In this document: in pieces, positions 12,818 to 24,899 of the stretch
How positions within the stretch are numbered: position 1 is the stretch's first letter
How the letters are laid out: each line of letters begins with the position of its first letter
DNA from: Fimicolochytrium jonesii
Taxonomy: Eukaryota
Direction: 5' to 3'
Length of the DNA stretch: 64,000 nucleotides
Assembly (NCBI RefSeq): GCF_025526975.1
Contig: NW_026515688.1
Coordinates: forward strand, 248,001-312,000
Position numbers and translations under genes: made by a program
Notes under the pieces: model-generated
The model's database searches: none
The model's input: only the letters and a program-made list of their open reading frames with translations
Told to the model about the DNA's origin: nothing

Positions 12818-14451
12818 TTTTCATCCGAACTTGGTTGGCATCTTCAGTAAAAAACATGAACGTCAGAACAAATCGAGCTCGTTCTCCGTGATGTGGCTGG
12901 ACTTCTCGCCGGGAACTCCACACTGTCCTTCAGAGTCATCTGTCGTCGTAGTGAAACAAGGCAGGCAGGGTATGGATGCGAATTGCAGGAGCAGCCGAAA
13001 TGCATTTCTCTCATACTATGAAACGTAATTTCTGTTCGTACAACGAATTTCCTACGGGCTCCAATACGCCAACCAAGAACAACTAAAGCCGGAAAGGCGG
13101 GATCACCTTTACTCGCCATCGGCTAGACTATGAGGAATTCCGAAACGAGGTCGGAGCGCTCTCGTACGTTGGTAAGGTCCAATCCTTGTGCTCTCTCAGA
13201 TCGACGCCCAACTCGTCGTGCAGGATTTTGAATGCTTCAACGTTCCACGGGGTGCTAGAGGCAATGCGCATGATTTCGAGTCGAGCTTCTTCGTTTCGGC
13301 GCGCCTGTGGGTCGGTCGTGGGGCAAAAATCTGTTCGTTTGTTGATATTCTGCTGGGATCTCCGATGCCGAACGTTTGCGACGATATGATCGAAAAGTGG
13401 GACACACTCAGGTCCCCGGATCATGAAGTCATCCAGGTCACTATCGTGTCGGCGTCGAGGGCCGCGTCAGAGACTATGCGACAAAGAAGTGACAGTACGA
13501 GGGAATCCTTTGCTGCCAGTGGAAGGCTGACCTTCATGTACCTCACGTCCCGGGCGGCGCGGCCGTAGTTCAGCTACGAATTCGCCTGACTAGAGCCGGC
13601 ACAGTCGGCGTAGAGCGTTCTGAAAGACGTGGGGCGTCCTAAAATACGTCAGGGACTGCCTGTATTCGACAGCGCGTCTTCCCCAGACGTTCTGGCAGTC
13701 TCCTTTCGCCCCCTAGCAATACTATCAGTTCCGCGACATGGCCCACCATAGTGAACATGAGTACCGCAATTGTGAACGAAAATGCTAACTTACGACGGTT
13801 GCAGATCAAGTTCCACGCTACAATGGCTCTTGGGCTGAGGGAGCAGCAGAAGAGAACGGATAGTGCTGAGCAAAGTTGTCAACGGCACGCTGGTAATATC
13901 AGAGATTCAGTTGGGCGTGGTCGTTGAACATACCTGTGCAGGCCCCACACGGAGTTTGCGAGTTTTAATGGAGGATTTTTGCGGAATACTCAGGCGTGTC
14001 TACTTGCAGCTGCTCATCAGCAGCCAGGGGAGAGCTTATTTCGGGGAGCTTATTTCAAGACCTTTGTAGGTAGGAATCAAGCGCTGAAAACCGTAGTAGG
14101 TAAGAAGTTTCCTCTATTCTTTATTCCCTCATCAGTAGGCGCAATGTTCCCAAACAAACTAAGTAAGGAAGAAAGAAAGAGGCCTGGCCATAGACTGCGT
14201 AAATACTGTATGCCGAGCGGGGTCGGGCTGTCAGGGTGAGCGCACATGCAGTTCGGACGTCAAGCTTTTCGTTTCGGTATGGCTGAACCGGGTCACTTCG
14301 GAAGCGCAAATTGGTCACCATTTGATCAAGAGGTTTGTTGAAATCCAGTGCGTTGGACGAATAATGCAATTTGCAAACAAAATGAATAATGATAATGTGC
14401 ATGCGTGAGGTTAAATACGAACAAAAATTCTGCAAAGTGGTAGCAGACGCC

Positions 14452-16885
14452 CTAATGCCCACCACGCCCTCGTCCCCGTCCCCTGCCTCCGCCCCGTCCA
14501 CCACCACCTCCTCCGCGGCCTCCCCGACTGCCGCCGCCGCCACCACGGCTGAAGCTTCCACCACGGCCTCCACCGCGACTCCCGCCTCGCCCTCGACCTC
14601 GCCCACGTCCTCCTCGTCCGCTGTCTGAGTCGGTCGTGCGCATGCCTCTTGAGGCGTCCTCCTGTTGATGAAAAGAAACTTCATGGGTTTTTCGTTCTAA
14701 CTTTACAGGTGAGACTCCAGATGAAAAACGAACATACCTCATCACGATCTCGTCCGCCTCCAGGCTTGAACGTAATACTGAAGTTCCCACTCCGCGTCCG
14801 TGCAATCTTATCCGCCCGCCCACTCGTCTGCGCCTCATCCTTGAGTCGCTCTCCAAAGGCCTGCTTCGCTTGCGACTCGCGTTGTCGTTGTTGTTGCCCA
14901 TCGGCGGGCTTCGCCGGGTTGTAGCCGGCTTTGAGCTCGTAGAACGATGGCCCGCTTTTGCCGCCTCGTGCGCTGGCGTCGGTCTTGGCTTTCTTCGCGC
15001 GGGTGAATCGGATTTGGTCGTCCTCTGCAAGAGATGTGGTGTTTTAGCAAATGAATGAACTTACACGGGCGGGGCCGGAAAACACACCTGAATCATCCGA
15101 GTAGACATTGTCATCGTCCTCATCGTTGTCAGAGTCACCGTCACTGCGGTCAGAAGGATCAGACATGCCCCCATCCTCCTCGCCGTCATCCACCTTTGCG
15201 AATGCAGCCCTGGCTGCCGCCATTTTTGATTCTGAGGGATGGTGCAACTTGTATTCGTGACTGAGCTCATCGACCTGGAACGCCTCATCCTTAAACATGG
15301 CATCGAAACGCGAATCGCCCAGCGGGTTGTCGAAGGATGCGCCCGCTGCGTCCTGAAGAGCCTGGGTCTTCCGTTTCTTCTTATTTTTCTTCCCACCGTC
15401 ATCGGAATCGTCCTCACTGCCTGAAATCGTATCCTGCATGAGTTTGACAGCAAGATTCCTGTTGATCTTAGGCAGCTTCTGCACAGCGGAGATACGACTG
15501 GCACGTTGCTTTTGGATGCGCTCCTGCACCATGCGTTTTTTGTACTCGTCGAACTCGAAAGGATTCGCAATCGCTTTTGCTTTTTCGTACAATCGGAGAT
15601 CGAGGAAGAATCCATGCATGTAGGCTTTGAGGACGTTCGTACCGACCAAGTGATCGAGTCCGAGATTCGTAAGCTCTTTGCGGGTGACGAACTTGTAATC
15701 GTCGTATGCGCTGGTGTTGGGATTCTCCTCCAGCTCTTCGGTGAGGTTGTCGAGGTACGCGCACCACCTTGGCGCAGGACCCAGTCGGGGAATGTAGAAC
15801 GATTGGATCTGCACACTCTCGTTGGCCACCATGATCAGACCAGAGTTATCCCACACGCACACATCGTTGATGTCGTTTGGAGGCTCAATCGACGTGAAGG
15901 CCTTTCCTGTAGACTTGTCCCAAATCTTGATGATTTTGGTATCCGCAGACACGACGTTACCAGACGAATGCATGCTGAGCGACTTGATCGGGAACCCATA
16001 CTGATGGTCTTTGATGAACATTGGCGAGGCCGATCGCAAATCGTACGTCAGCACCTGTCCTGTTGCCGTTCCCACCGCATAGGTCAATCCGTCGTCCGAG
16101 AACTTCAGCGCTGTGATTTGGGGGAATGCCTCCAGCTCGCCCGATCCCACCGCCTTCACTACGGAGGCTGCTATATCTAGTGTGCCTAGTCTCCGCCTTT
16201 CCCTTGGGTGCCAGAACTCCAATACGCCGTTCTCTCCTCCAAATCCAAACAATTGATGGGCAGGGTTGATGCCCATCACGTTGATCGCTGGACTGTCCGT
16301 AACCAGCGATGTCATGAACCGTCCTTGATCCAGGTTCAGCCTCCATATTTCATTACTCGCTCCAGCAATCATCAGGTCGCAACTTGGGTAGTGATATGCC
16401 ATATCCCTTCCGAATTTTGGGACCCTCGTTTTGTAGTGCAGTCCGAACTGCGTATGTAACTCAATCGTTCGGTCAGATTGCAGCATGACCGTTTTGCTCC
16501 AGTCGTCTGACAAAATCTCAAATTGGACGTTCTCGCAGTCTTGGTGCCGATCGAACTTCATCGACTTTTGTGCCAGTTCGTATACCCTCATTTGAGGCTG
16601 ATAGACACCAGTGGCCACTATGTAGTTTCCATCCCTCGTCGGCTTTATCTTCAATGACGCTTCAGGGAACTCGAAGTCCTGGATTAATTCGATACGCCTT
16701 CGCCATTCTGTGGAAGTCATGGGTAAGCGAGCGAGGAAAAAAAGCGGCGAAAACTGTTCCACGACCATACCTTCGTCCTTCTTCAGACTCTTGGCGTTCC
16801 TCCTTTGCAGCCAGTCAGGGATGGCACTCCTAGCCGCACTAGTGACCGAGTATATCTTGACATTGTTTGCGTTGGACACTTGCAT
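14452..16885 (-). CDS. NOL10: Nucleolar protein 10 / Enp2 (WD40 + NUC153, SSU processome), with RGG-rich C-terminus
   Basis: MQVSNANNVKIYSV, RIELIQDFEFPEAS, GPAPRWCAYLDNLTEELEE, YDDYKFVT, KAYMHGFF and DSRFDAMFKDEAFQVD. Introns near 16709-16771, 15025-15088 and 14662-14737. Confidence 0.93.
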
Positions 16886-17156
16886 TGTGTAACAAGCCTC
16901 AGGCTACGGTTTAGACTCGATAAAACAACAATTCAGGGTAATGACCCCTCACTGGACAAGTAAAGTCCAACCCTTTTTCGACTTTTCGAGCCTGAGACAA
17001 GGACCCCAATATGTTGTTGTCTTATCCTAGGGTTGCCGTCTCTATCGGGTAACAGACAACTTCCGACTGGCCAATGAACCCTCGAATTCGAATCTGCCGG
17101 TTTGGCGAAAAGGGACTGGGGACGTTGGAACTGGAGGACGCGCGAGAAGTCATCGA

Positions 17157-17166
17157 GTCACGTGAC
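17157..17166. promoter_or_regulatory. Palindromic E-box GTCACGTGAC in the NOL10/RRP36 bidirectional promoter
   Basis: 10-bp perfect palindrome with a CACGTG core between two divergent ATGs (16885 and 17264). A similar TCACGTGAC lies at 24336-24344. Function is inferred. Confidence 0.4.
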
Positions 17167-17263
17167 CGTAGCCCTTGCAAGACCGTTCCCCACCTGGTTC
17201 ACCACTTTCCTGCTCGAATTTGAAGCTCGACCACCGTGCGCCAAAGTGGGTGAACGTGCAGCA

Positions 17264-18714
17264 ATGAAGGGTCCACGCTCAAGCAGAAGCGGCAACGGAA
17301 AGGCTGTCGGGCTGCGGCAGCAGCAGCAGCAGCAGAAAACGTTCGAAAGGAGGTTACAACCAGCCGCGTCTCGCAATTCTCGTCCGTCACAGCATGACGA
17401 GGACACGGAAAGGGCTATGCGACGCATGCAAGCGTTCGACATGCCCTCCGACCAAGGGTCTGGAGATGAGGAGGGCAGTCAAGGCGAGGTATGGGTGGAC
17501 TCTAGCAAAGCATTCTAAACTGTCGTTCTAAGGTGTTTGCTTTCTGCGTAGGACCTCTCCGACGGGGACGTTTTAGGAGAAGGCGCTAACGCATATGGAT
17601 CGGATATGAGCGGCGAAGATGCTAGTGAGACGGGGTCGGAGGAAGATTTGGATAATAGCAGCGATGAGGGGGACGATGAGATTCACGGTGACGACGACGA
17701 GGACGATGCAGCACAACTAGCGAGGATAAAGCGCGAACTGGCAGATGTTCCCTTCGACCAGCTCATCGAAATCCAGCAGAAAATTGGGATGAAAAAGTTC
17801 CATGAAAACTTTAGGGGAAAAAAGGGAGAACAGGCATCGGAAGAGGAGGGCTCGGATGAGGAGGAATCTGAAAGTGGTGAACGAAAAGCATCTGGGCGAG
17901 GGACGGGGCGGAAAGAGGATCTGTTCAAAAAGGACAAGGAGAAGAAACCTCTGCCAAAATTGGCAAAGCGAGCGAATAAGAATATGCCTACGGAGGTTAC
18001 ATCAAAGCGACAAGTCACCCGCAGACGGGAGGTTGTCGAGATACCCAAACTGGTGAGTGTTAACCACCGGCCGCAGTAGGAACTAACGTACACGACGAAA
18101 ACTAAACGGACTGTGCTCCAGAAAACGCGTGACCCACGTTTCGACCCCTTGGCGGGAAAACTGAACGAAGCGCTTTTCAACACATCCTACGGTTTCATTC
18201 GGGAGTACGAGGAGAGCGAGATCGAACTGCTCCGAAAGCAGATCGTAACCACAAAAGATCCCAAGGCAAAGGAGAGGCTTACGAACACGTTGCAGAGCAT
18301 GGTGAGCATGAGCATGAGCGGTCTTTCATTTTTGGCAGGGTGAGTGGACAATGGGTCTGACGCTCCATCCCTTGCAGACGTCTCGGATACAAACACGGAA
18401 AGCGAAGGAGAAGCGACAAGAGATGTTGCGGGAATGGAAGAAGACGGAGAGAGCCGCTGTGGCTCAAGGGAAGAAGCCATGGCAGCTGAAGAAGTGTAAG
18501 TCATCGCTTATAGCACACCGCGCGTATTCATGCCGAGTCCTCACAATATGCTCTCTTCCCCCATTATCCAGCCGACATCAAGAAGATGGAGCTGGTAGAA
18601 AAGTACAAGTCCATGAAAGAGAAGGATATCGACAAGCTTCTCGAAAAGCGGAGGAAGAAGAATGCTGCAAAGGAGAGGCGCTTCTTGCCTTACAACCGTC
18701 GGTCCGCCGCTTGA
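17264..18714 (+). CDS. RRP36: rRNA biogenesis protein Rrp36 (DUF947), multi-exon
   Basis: LADVPFDQLIEIQQKIG, NKNMPTEVTSKRQV, RDPRFDPLAGKLNEALFNTSYGFI, GKKPWQLKK and KRRKKNAAKERRFLP motifs. Confidence 0.9.
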
Positions 18715-18902
18715 TCGGCTGTCGTCGATCATCGTTCATTATCTCTCCAGGCACGCATTTTTTGGTTCCCGCACGATAATTTATTACATGTCCCCCGCTA
18801 GCTCGTACTGTTTCAGCTAGTATGCACTTTACGTATGTATAGTGGTAGTCACCATCTATGTATATTTCCTCCACACACCTCCAATCTCCCGCGGCATTCT
18901 CC

Positions 18903-21329
18903 CTACTGTGGATCATTTACACCCTGGCCTTTAGGGAATATTTGCATATTCATGATAAACCGTTCCCGCTCCTTCTCGGACCACTTGTGGGTAAATTCCC
19001 GAAGAAGCTCCTCGTCATTTCCGGAAACCTTCACGCCCTCCTTGTCCACAATACGCCTGACCTCCATCCACTCCTTCCACCGCCGATGCACCGCGCACGA
19101 CCGGAGTATCGTGTGCGCTACAGCTGGGTGGATCTTGACCTCCTCTTTTCGGTCCATCCCAGGACTAATACTACCACCACCGTGTTTGTTGGCACGTGCC
19201 TCAGCAATGACCGCCAAATACTCTTCCCACAGTTTCCACGCGGCCTGAAAATTGCGGTTGCGTGACTTGATGTAAATCAAGACATTGTACGTATGGTGAT
19301 CAAACGCCAGCTCCGACGCTGACATCTGGTGCAAGATCTTGTCGATGGTCGACGGGGCGTGTTCCGAGGCTAGTAGGAGCTGATTGTACGTATAGGACGA
19401 TACGCGGACTTTGTCGACCTGCATCTGGTCGTAGAACTGTGCTGCTAACTGAGGGTTGGAGTGGAGGACTGCGGCGCGGATGAGTTGGTTGTACAGGTAT
19501 GCGCGCGGCGTGTATCCGTCCTGCCGGAGCCGTTCGACGATGGTGATGCCGGCGTCTAGGTCGCCCTGTTTGAGGTAATACACTGCCAGTTTCTCGAGGA
19601 TAGCGTACGGTGGTTGCTGTTTGTAGGTCTCCCGCATATCGTGCAGAAGTCGCTGACCCACTTCCATCTGGTGCTTGGCCCAGCACAGAGTGATGAGATG
19701 CACATGCACACCCACCGTGGGACCATTCTCAAATGTGCTCAGCTGCGTGAAGCATTCCAAGGCCTGCTCCAGCATGCCCTCCTGACAGTACAAACGAATC
19801 AAGCGACGATACGTGACCGCATTCGGCTCACAACCAGCCAGCGTCATACGCTGCACCTCCATCTCCGCCTTCTCCACGTTGCGCAAACGGACCCATCCAC
19901 CGAGATTGATGTTGTAGTTCCGCGTCGTCGGCGGAAACGTGCCCATCATATCTCTCATAACCTCCAAGCATGTCTCCATATCCTTCGCCCAAGCAAACGC
20001 CGCCTGCAAGATCGTGAAATGGTACTGGTTGACCTCGATCCCCGATCTTCGCAGCGCACGGTAATACTTCATCGCATTGATCATCATCCCGGCTTTCGCA
20101 CAGCCGTGAATAAGGATCGCGTACGTGAACTTGTCTGATTTGATGCCTAGCTCCTCCATCTCCCTGTGGAACGCCATGGCGTCGTCGATGCGTGAACACC
20201 GGACGAAACACCTCAACATGTGGTTGAACGAATCGACCCCGGGCTCCAGGCCTTGCTCGTAGATCTGCTGGAAGATCTTGACGGCCGGCTCGAGCTGCTT
20301 GAGCTCACAGTGCAGTTTCAACAGCACGTTCATGGTCGTCACGGTCGGAGAGATGTTTCTTTCGACTAGCTGAGCATACAAGTCCCCTGTCGTGGCCAAA
20401 TCCCCAGCCCCTGCGAACGCCGACATCACGGTCGTGTAGTTCTCGACGCTCGGGTCAGTCCCCTGGCTTTCCATAGACCTCAGCACAGACAGTGCTTTCC
20501 GTGCCTGAGCCCCTCGTGCGTACCCTAACAAAATCGGCTGGAATATCGCAGCATCCAGCTTCAGCCCTGCTTTCTCTACATACGGCAGATAGCTCTCAGC
20601 CCCCTCCCCGTCCCCCAAACTCCCTCTCGCATCCATCAACAACACATAAGTATCCCGAATTGGTTCCAACCCCGCATTCCGCATCTCCTGCAAAAACTCC
20701 AAACCCTTCTCCAACGTGAAAGCCTGCCGTCGACTCGGAATCTGCGCATTCATGATATACACCTCCAGCCTCGGCCACCGTGCAAGCTCGGCCTGGGTCT
20801 TCAGAAAATCGACTTTCTCGGCGGCGTCCGGGATCGTGTCCGAGTAGCGGAGGATCATCTGGATGACGGCGAGGACGTGTCTGCGTGGGATCAGACTACG
20901 TACGGTCGGATCTTCGCAGGCGGCGACAAAGGTGCTCCATATTTGGTCCTGTGTGGCGGGCTCGTCTCTTTTCTCCGTTCCCAGCGCCTCAGCTAATGGT
21001 TCCAGCCGTTTCGTAATCTCTGCGGTTGTGACAGTGGAAAGGTCGGAGAAGTGCCGCCGACCATTCCCTTCAGATTCTATTGCCCGCCACTGCGGCGGAG
21101 TCGGAACCCTCACCGTGGCCAAGCGTCGTCGTTTTCGCTGCAGCGTAATGCTGGCCAGCTCGGTAGCCCAGGTGTACAGGCTGCACGATTCACATACAGG
21201 ACCACGGGTCTTTCCACGAGGCCGGAGGGCCGAACCTCCGCTCGGCCTAGAGAGAACATGACTTCTGAGGGGTGCTTTGCTTGCAGTCGTGTGCTGGCCG
21301 AGGTTGGAGAACGATATGGGTGGGCGCAT
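18903..21329 (-). CDS. Pentatricopeptide repeat (PPR) protein, probably mitochondrial, intronless
   Basis: Long ORF with many tandem 35-aa repeats (e.g. TYAILIHGCAKAGMMINAMKYYRALRRSGIEVNQY, TYRRLIRLYCQEGMLEQALECF). First ATG at 21329 gives an Arg/Ser-rich presequence-like N-terminus. Confidence 0.88.
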   Translation of the reverse strand: MRPPISFSNLGQHTTASKAPLRSHVLSRPSGGSALRPRGKTRGPVCESCSLYTWATELASITLQRKRRRLATVRVPTPPQWRAIESEGNGRRHFSDLSTVTTAEITKRLEPLAEALGTEKRDEPATQDQIWSTFVAACEDPTVRSLIPRRHVLAVIQMILRYSDTIPDAAEKVDFLKTQAELARWPRLEVYIMNAQIPSRRQAFTLEKGLEFLQEMRNAGLEPIRDTYVLLMDARGSLGDGEGAESYLPYVEKAGLKLDAAIFQPILLGYARGAQARKALSVLRSMESQGTDPSVENYTTVMSAFAGAGDLATTGDLYAQLVERNISPTVTTMNVLLKLHCELKQLEPAVKIFQQIYEQGLEPGVDSFNHMLRCFVRCSRIDDAMAFHREMEELGIKSDKFTYAILIHGCAKAGMMINAMKYYRALRRSGIEVNQYHFTILQAAFAWAKDMETCLEVMRDMMGTFPPTTRNYNINLGGWVRLRNVEKAEMEVQRMTLAGCEPNAVTYRRLIRLYCQEGMLEQALECFTQLSTFENGPTVGVHVHLITLCWAKHQMEVGQRLLHDMRETYKQQPPYAILEKLAVYYLKQGDLDAGITIVERLRQDGYTPRAYLYNQLIRAAVLHSNPQLAAQFYDQMQVDKVRVSSYTYNQLLLASEHAPSTIDKILHQMSASELAFDHHTYNVLIYIKSRNRNFQAAWKLWEEYLAVIAEARANKHGGGSISPGMDRKEEVKIHPAVAHTILRSCAVHRRWKEWMEVRRIVDKEGVKVSGNDEELLREFTHKWSEKERERFIMNMQIFPKGQGVNDPQ

Positions 21330-21737
21330 GCGGGAGCGCTGTTGGCAAAACGAAAAAAAAGTTGTAAAGGATGCTAAGAAGCGGCTAGACCCATGCTGAG
21401 GTATACCCAAGCGGTACTGATCGGGACACAGGGTTGTCTAACGTAGTTGCCAACGTGGTTGTCTAACTCCGTATTTCCCGCAATTGCGTGCGAGGCGTCG
21501 GAGGTATCGAGCTCTTCGAGCTGGGTATCAAGTGCAAAAAGTTGCAACATGCGCGCGACCTTTTTCCCGAGTTGGTATTTTTTTCGGTGATTCGAGCTTA
21601 TCGGATAGACAGGAACCAATTTACAGCAAGACAGGAAGACCGTTCTGTATGCGACTGAATGTTATTCGTTTCTTGACAATATATATCTACAAGTATGGCA
21701 GTGGTATCTCTTCTAGAGCTGATAGCGCTACAGTAAT

Positions 21738-24137
21738 CTAACGAGCCAAGATCTCCTCAGTCTCCTCGATCACATCCTCCACCCACTCCTCGACGCTCTC
21801 GCTCTGCCCTTCGTCCTTGGCATCGGGGTCGTAAGCGCAGAGCTGGACGCGGGCCTCGTGCGCAGCGTCGTAGTCCTTCTGCACACGTTCGCGGTACTCG
21901 GACCATTCGGTCCAGAGCTTGATGCGGCGCTCGAGCACTTCGCGGGAAACGGCCTTGGACTGGGCAGCGTCCTCCTCGTCGAAGACCTTGGAGTACTCCT
22001 TGAGGTTCTTCTTGATCTTCTTCTGCTGTTCGTCGGAGAGGAGTGTCGGGGGGCGAGGGCGCCACAGGAATTGCTTGAAGTATGGCACGGTCTGCTTGGT
22101 GATTTGTGCTCCAGTGAAGCTCCACGAGATGAAACCGGTGTCTGACTGGACGCGCCACCAGGAGACGGAACTGACAACGTAACGACCGGTGGGGTCCCAT
22201 TCGACATCCGTGCACATGTAGTGCTCGCCAGTGTTCATGCAGACGAGTTCATCAACGTCCCAGAACTGAAGTTCACCCGCAAACGCACGGACACCAGCCA
22301 GTACGGCGAATCGGCCCTTGGGCGACCAAATGATCTGGTTGATGCCCTTGGCTTCGAAAGCCTTGAGAAGCTTAACGGAGACGGCGGCCGGAGCAGCGTT
22401 GGCGGAGACCATCTGATACAGGTGGCATACGCCGGCAGTACCCTCTTGTGCGATCAATCCGAAACGAGCACCAACGGGCTCCCAGAAGATGTTGACGACC
22501 TCGAGTCCAGCATCGAGCTCCATCACATCAACTGGAACGTCCTTTTCGCGGAGCCGGAAGATTTCGAAGTTGGTCATTGTGGACTTCTTCGTCTTGATCC
22601 TTTCTACGCTGACGAGCAGGTAGTCTCCCGCTGGCTGCCAGAACAGTTTGCACTTTGGAATAGTGGGATTTAGTTCAAATTCGCGGTCCAGCTCCTGGGG
22701 ACAAACAGCTACTCACATCTATAACGTTGAACAAGTTCTTTGTTCGGAGAACCTCACGGCTGGGAATCTTCAGGAGCGTGACACGAGCAGGTATATTGCC
22801 ACTTTCCGGAGTCCAGTAGCTAATCAGATGGTCCGACGGCGACCATGCGAAGGTTTTGACATCCTCGACCTATTCGGAAAAACAGCGTGAGCTCCTTTGT
22901 CCCTTCTTCAAAGAAGTCCTGCATGAATCATCTTACTTTGATACTTTTCCTGTCGAGGAGTCCCATACCAGGGGTCTCGTAAACCTGGATCATGCCGGGT
23001 GCTTGTCGTGCAACGTATTTGTCATCGAACGACCACTTGAAGATGGGCCAGTCGAATTTGACCGTTCCCTGAGCACCCGACGCAGCGGGGGCTTCAATGG
23101 GGAAGGTTCGGAGTTTCAGACCCGTTGTGATATCCCAGATGGCAAGGTGCTAGAGAAACGTAAGTTTTCATCCGAGTCAGAGTTACTGCAATTCTGTTCT
23201 CGTTCTAGGACAGTATGCCAAAGGTTCGATGCTTACGTGTGATTCTCCTTCTGGGGTGATGAAAGGCTCGTGACTCCAGGTGGTGACATACTTCTCGTTG
23301 GGGCTGAAGTCGATGAGCTTCACATTGTGATGCTCAAATTTGTTGATCCTTCCCCAGGTGGGTCCTCCCCACAAGACGATACCCTGCTTGTGGAAGGTGG
23401 CAAGGTATGTACCCTTGGGTGACCAGGACACATACATGTCGGACCAGTGCTGTGGAAAGGATGGGCTTTTAGCATAATGGGCGGGATTTGACTGCCCCAA
23501 ATCCGGAAAGTACCTCTCGGCTGTGGTCCAAATCCGGTGCATCTCCCTTGTTGTTCCAGTAAATGGAAACGTCATCGCCCTTCATCATGACCCATTGGTC
23601 GCGAGCACGAGGGTCAGTCAACCAGCTCTTCAAGTGCTCCTTCTCAACGAAAGGTTGCTCGACGGGCTCCTCGTAGGCATCGTTCATGCTGGTGTATCGG
23701 CCAATGTCGTCGAAGTGGTTGACAGCAAGAACGTGATTTTTGTCCAACTTGTGACCGTTTCCTTGCTTGATGGCGAGAGCGGCATGCTCGGCGGTCTCAA
23801 AGTCGATAAAGACGTATCTAATCGTTGCCCACAATGTGAGAAGATGCTCGGCTGAAGAATGCTGCTCCATCCAGAATACTCACCCCTTGGACTCCCCGGT
23901 CTTGCTGTCCATGGGCATGTGAAGCCCGTTGTCCTTGATGGACAGATTCTTGAAGACCCTCTTGATGACAGCCAAGAGCTTCTCGCGCTTAGCCTCTCCA
24001 ACAACGGGAACATTGTCCACCACTACAACGGTCTCGAAGCCGCTAGGAAGCTCGACCTTGAAGCGCTCTTCAATGTCGGAGAAGTCGACGGTCGACGGGT
24101 CGAACTCCTCTTCGTAGTCGTCGTATGGTTCACCCAT
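21738..24137 (-). CDS. PRT1: Translation initiation factor eIF3 subunit B, multi-exon
   Basis: N-terminal RRM ([26 protein letters not shown]), [40 protein letters not shown] and [12 protein letters not shown]. Confidence 0.95.
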
Positions 24138-24501
24138 ATTTGCGAATTGATCGAGGCGGTTTTACTTTCGTTTCGTCCACAGATATCAAAAAGGGTTGTG
24201 TTGTTGTGCGGTGAGACTGCGACAGGTCGCTAAATTGTTGATAGTTGTTCGGGCCGTTGGACGATGAGCAAGCGGTTGCAGAGATCTGGGCAACGAAAGA
24301 ACTCGACGCAGAAAACCCCCACTCAACTCACCGTATCACGTGACTTGGTGAAGACTCCACTCTCTCCACTCGGACAGTAGTCAAACTAACGACGGCGAAG
24401 GACATTTGCAAGCAGACGGTCATCGGCAACTCTGAAGGAACCCTCCCACGTTGACTATATATACATCGCCTCTCCGTGTAGTCCTTGTCGAAAAGCACAA
24501 C

Positions 24502-24899
24502 ATGGCAGGCGCACCACACCCACCTCGGCCGGTCGGCAGCTTCCACCCACCACACGTCAACCGCTGGGGAGCCAAACTCATGTTGGCCCCAGTATGGTTC
24601 TTCGTAATGTACAGGATGTACCACGACGGTCCTCATCACTTTGTACGTATTGGAGAAAGCTCACTGGGAGTCGAAAGCTCGATTGTGGAGCTGCCTTCTG
24701 ATGGCTCGCATACATTCGGGCGAAGCCTGCCATTCTGACAGCGCGCTGCTCATTGTCCCACGTTACTGACTCTCATTTCGACTATTCTATCCAGTTGCAC
24801 AAACATCAATGGGAGGAGCCAAAATACATCGAATACTTGGAAAAGGTCGACAAGAAGTTCGGAACGAGCTATGCCACCGATAACATGCACCACCACTAA
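24502..24899 (+). CDS. NDUFB2: Complex I accessory subunit NDUFB2 (AGGG)-like, 2 exons (24502-24642, 24795-24899)
   Basis: Spliced product MAGAPHPPRPVGSFHPPHVNRWGAKLMLAPVWFFVMYRMYHDGPHHF|LHKHQWEEPKY...HHH*. It resembles the fungal/plant NDUFB2 pattern FHPPH...MWF..YR...DGP....HPWE. Canonical GT-AG intron in phase 0. Confidence 0.75.

Noticed and set aside
15061..22215. Long alternative-frame or antisense ORFs (e.g. 15061-15816, 15506-16180, 19614-20138, 21757-22215)
   Set aside because: They are shadows of real GC-rich coding exons, with no independent motifs.
24665..24710. Hammerhead-ribozyme-like pieces (GAAA...CTGATG) in the NDUFB2 intron
   Set aside because: The core is CTGATGG rather than CTGATGA, the cleavage triplet would end in G, and no stem I can form.
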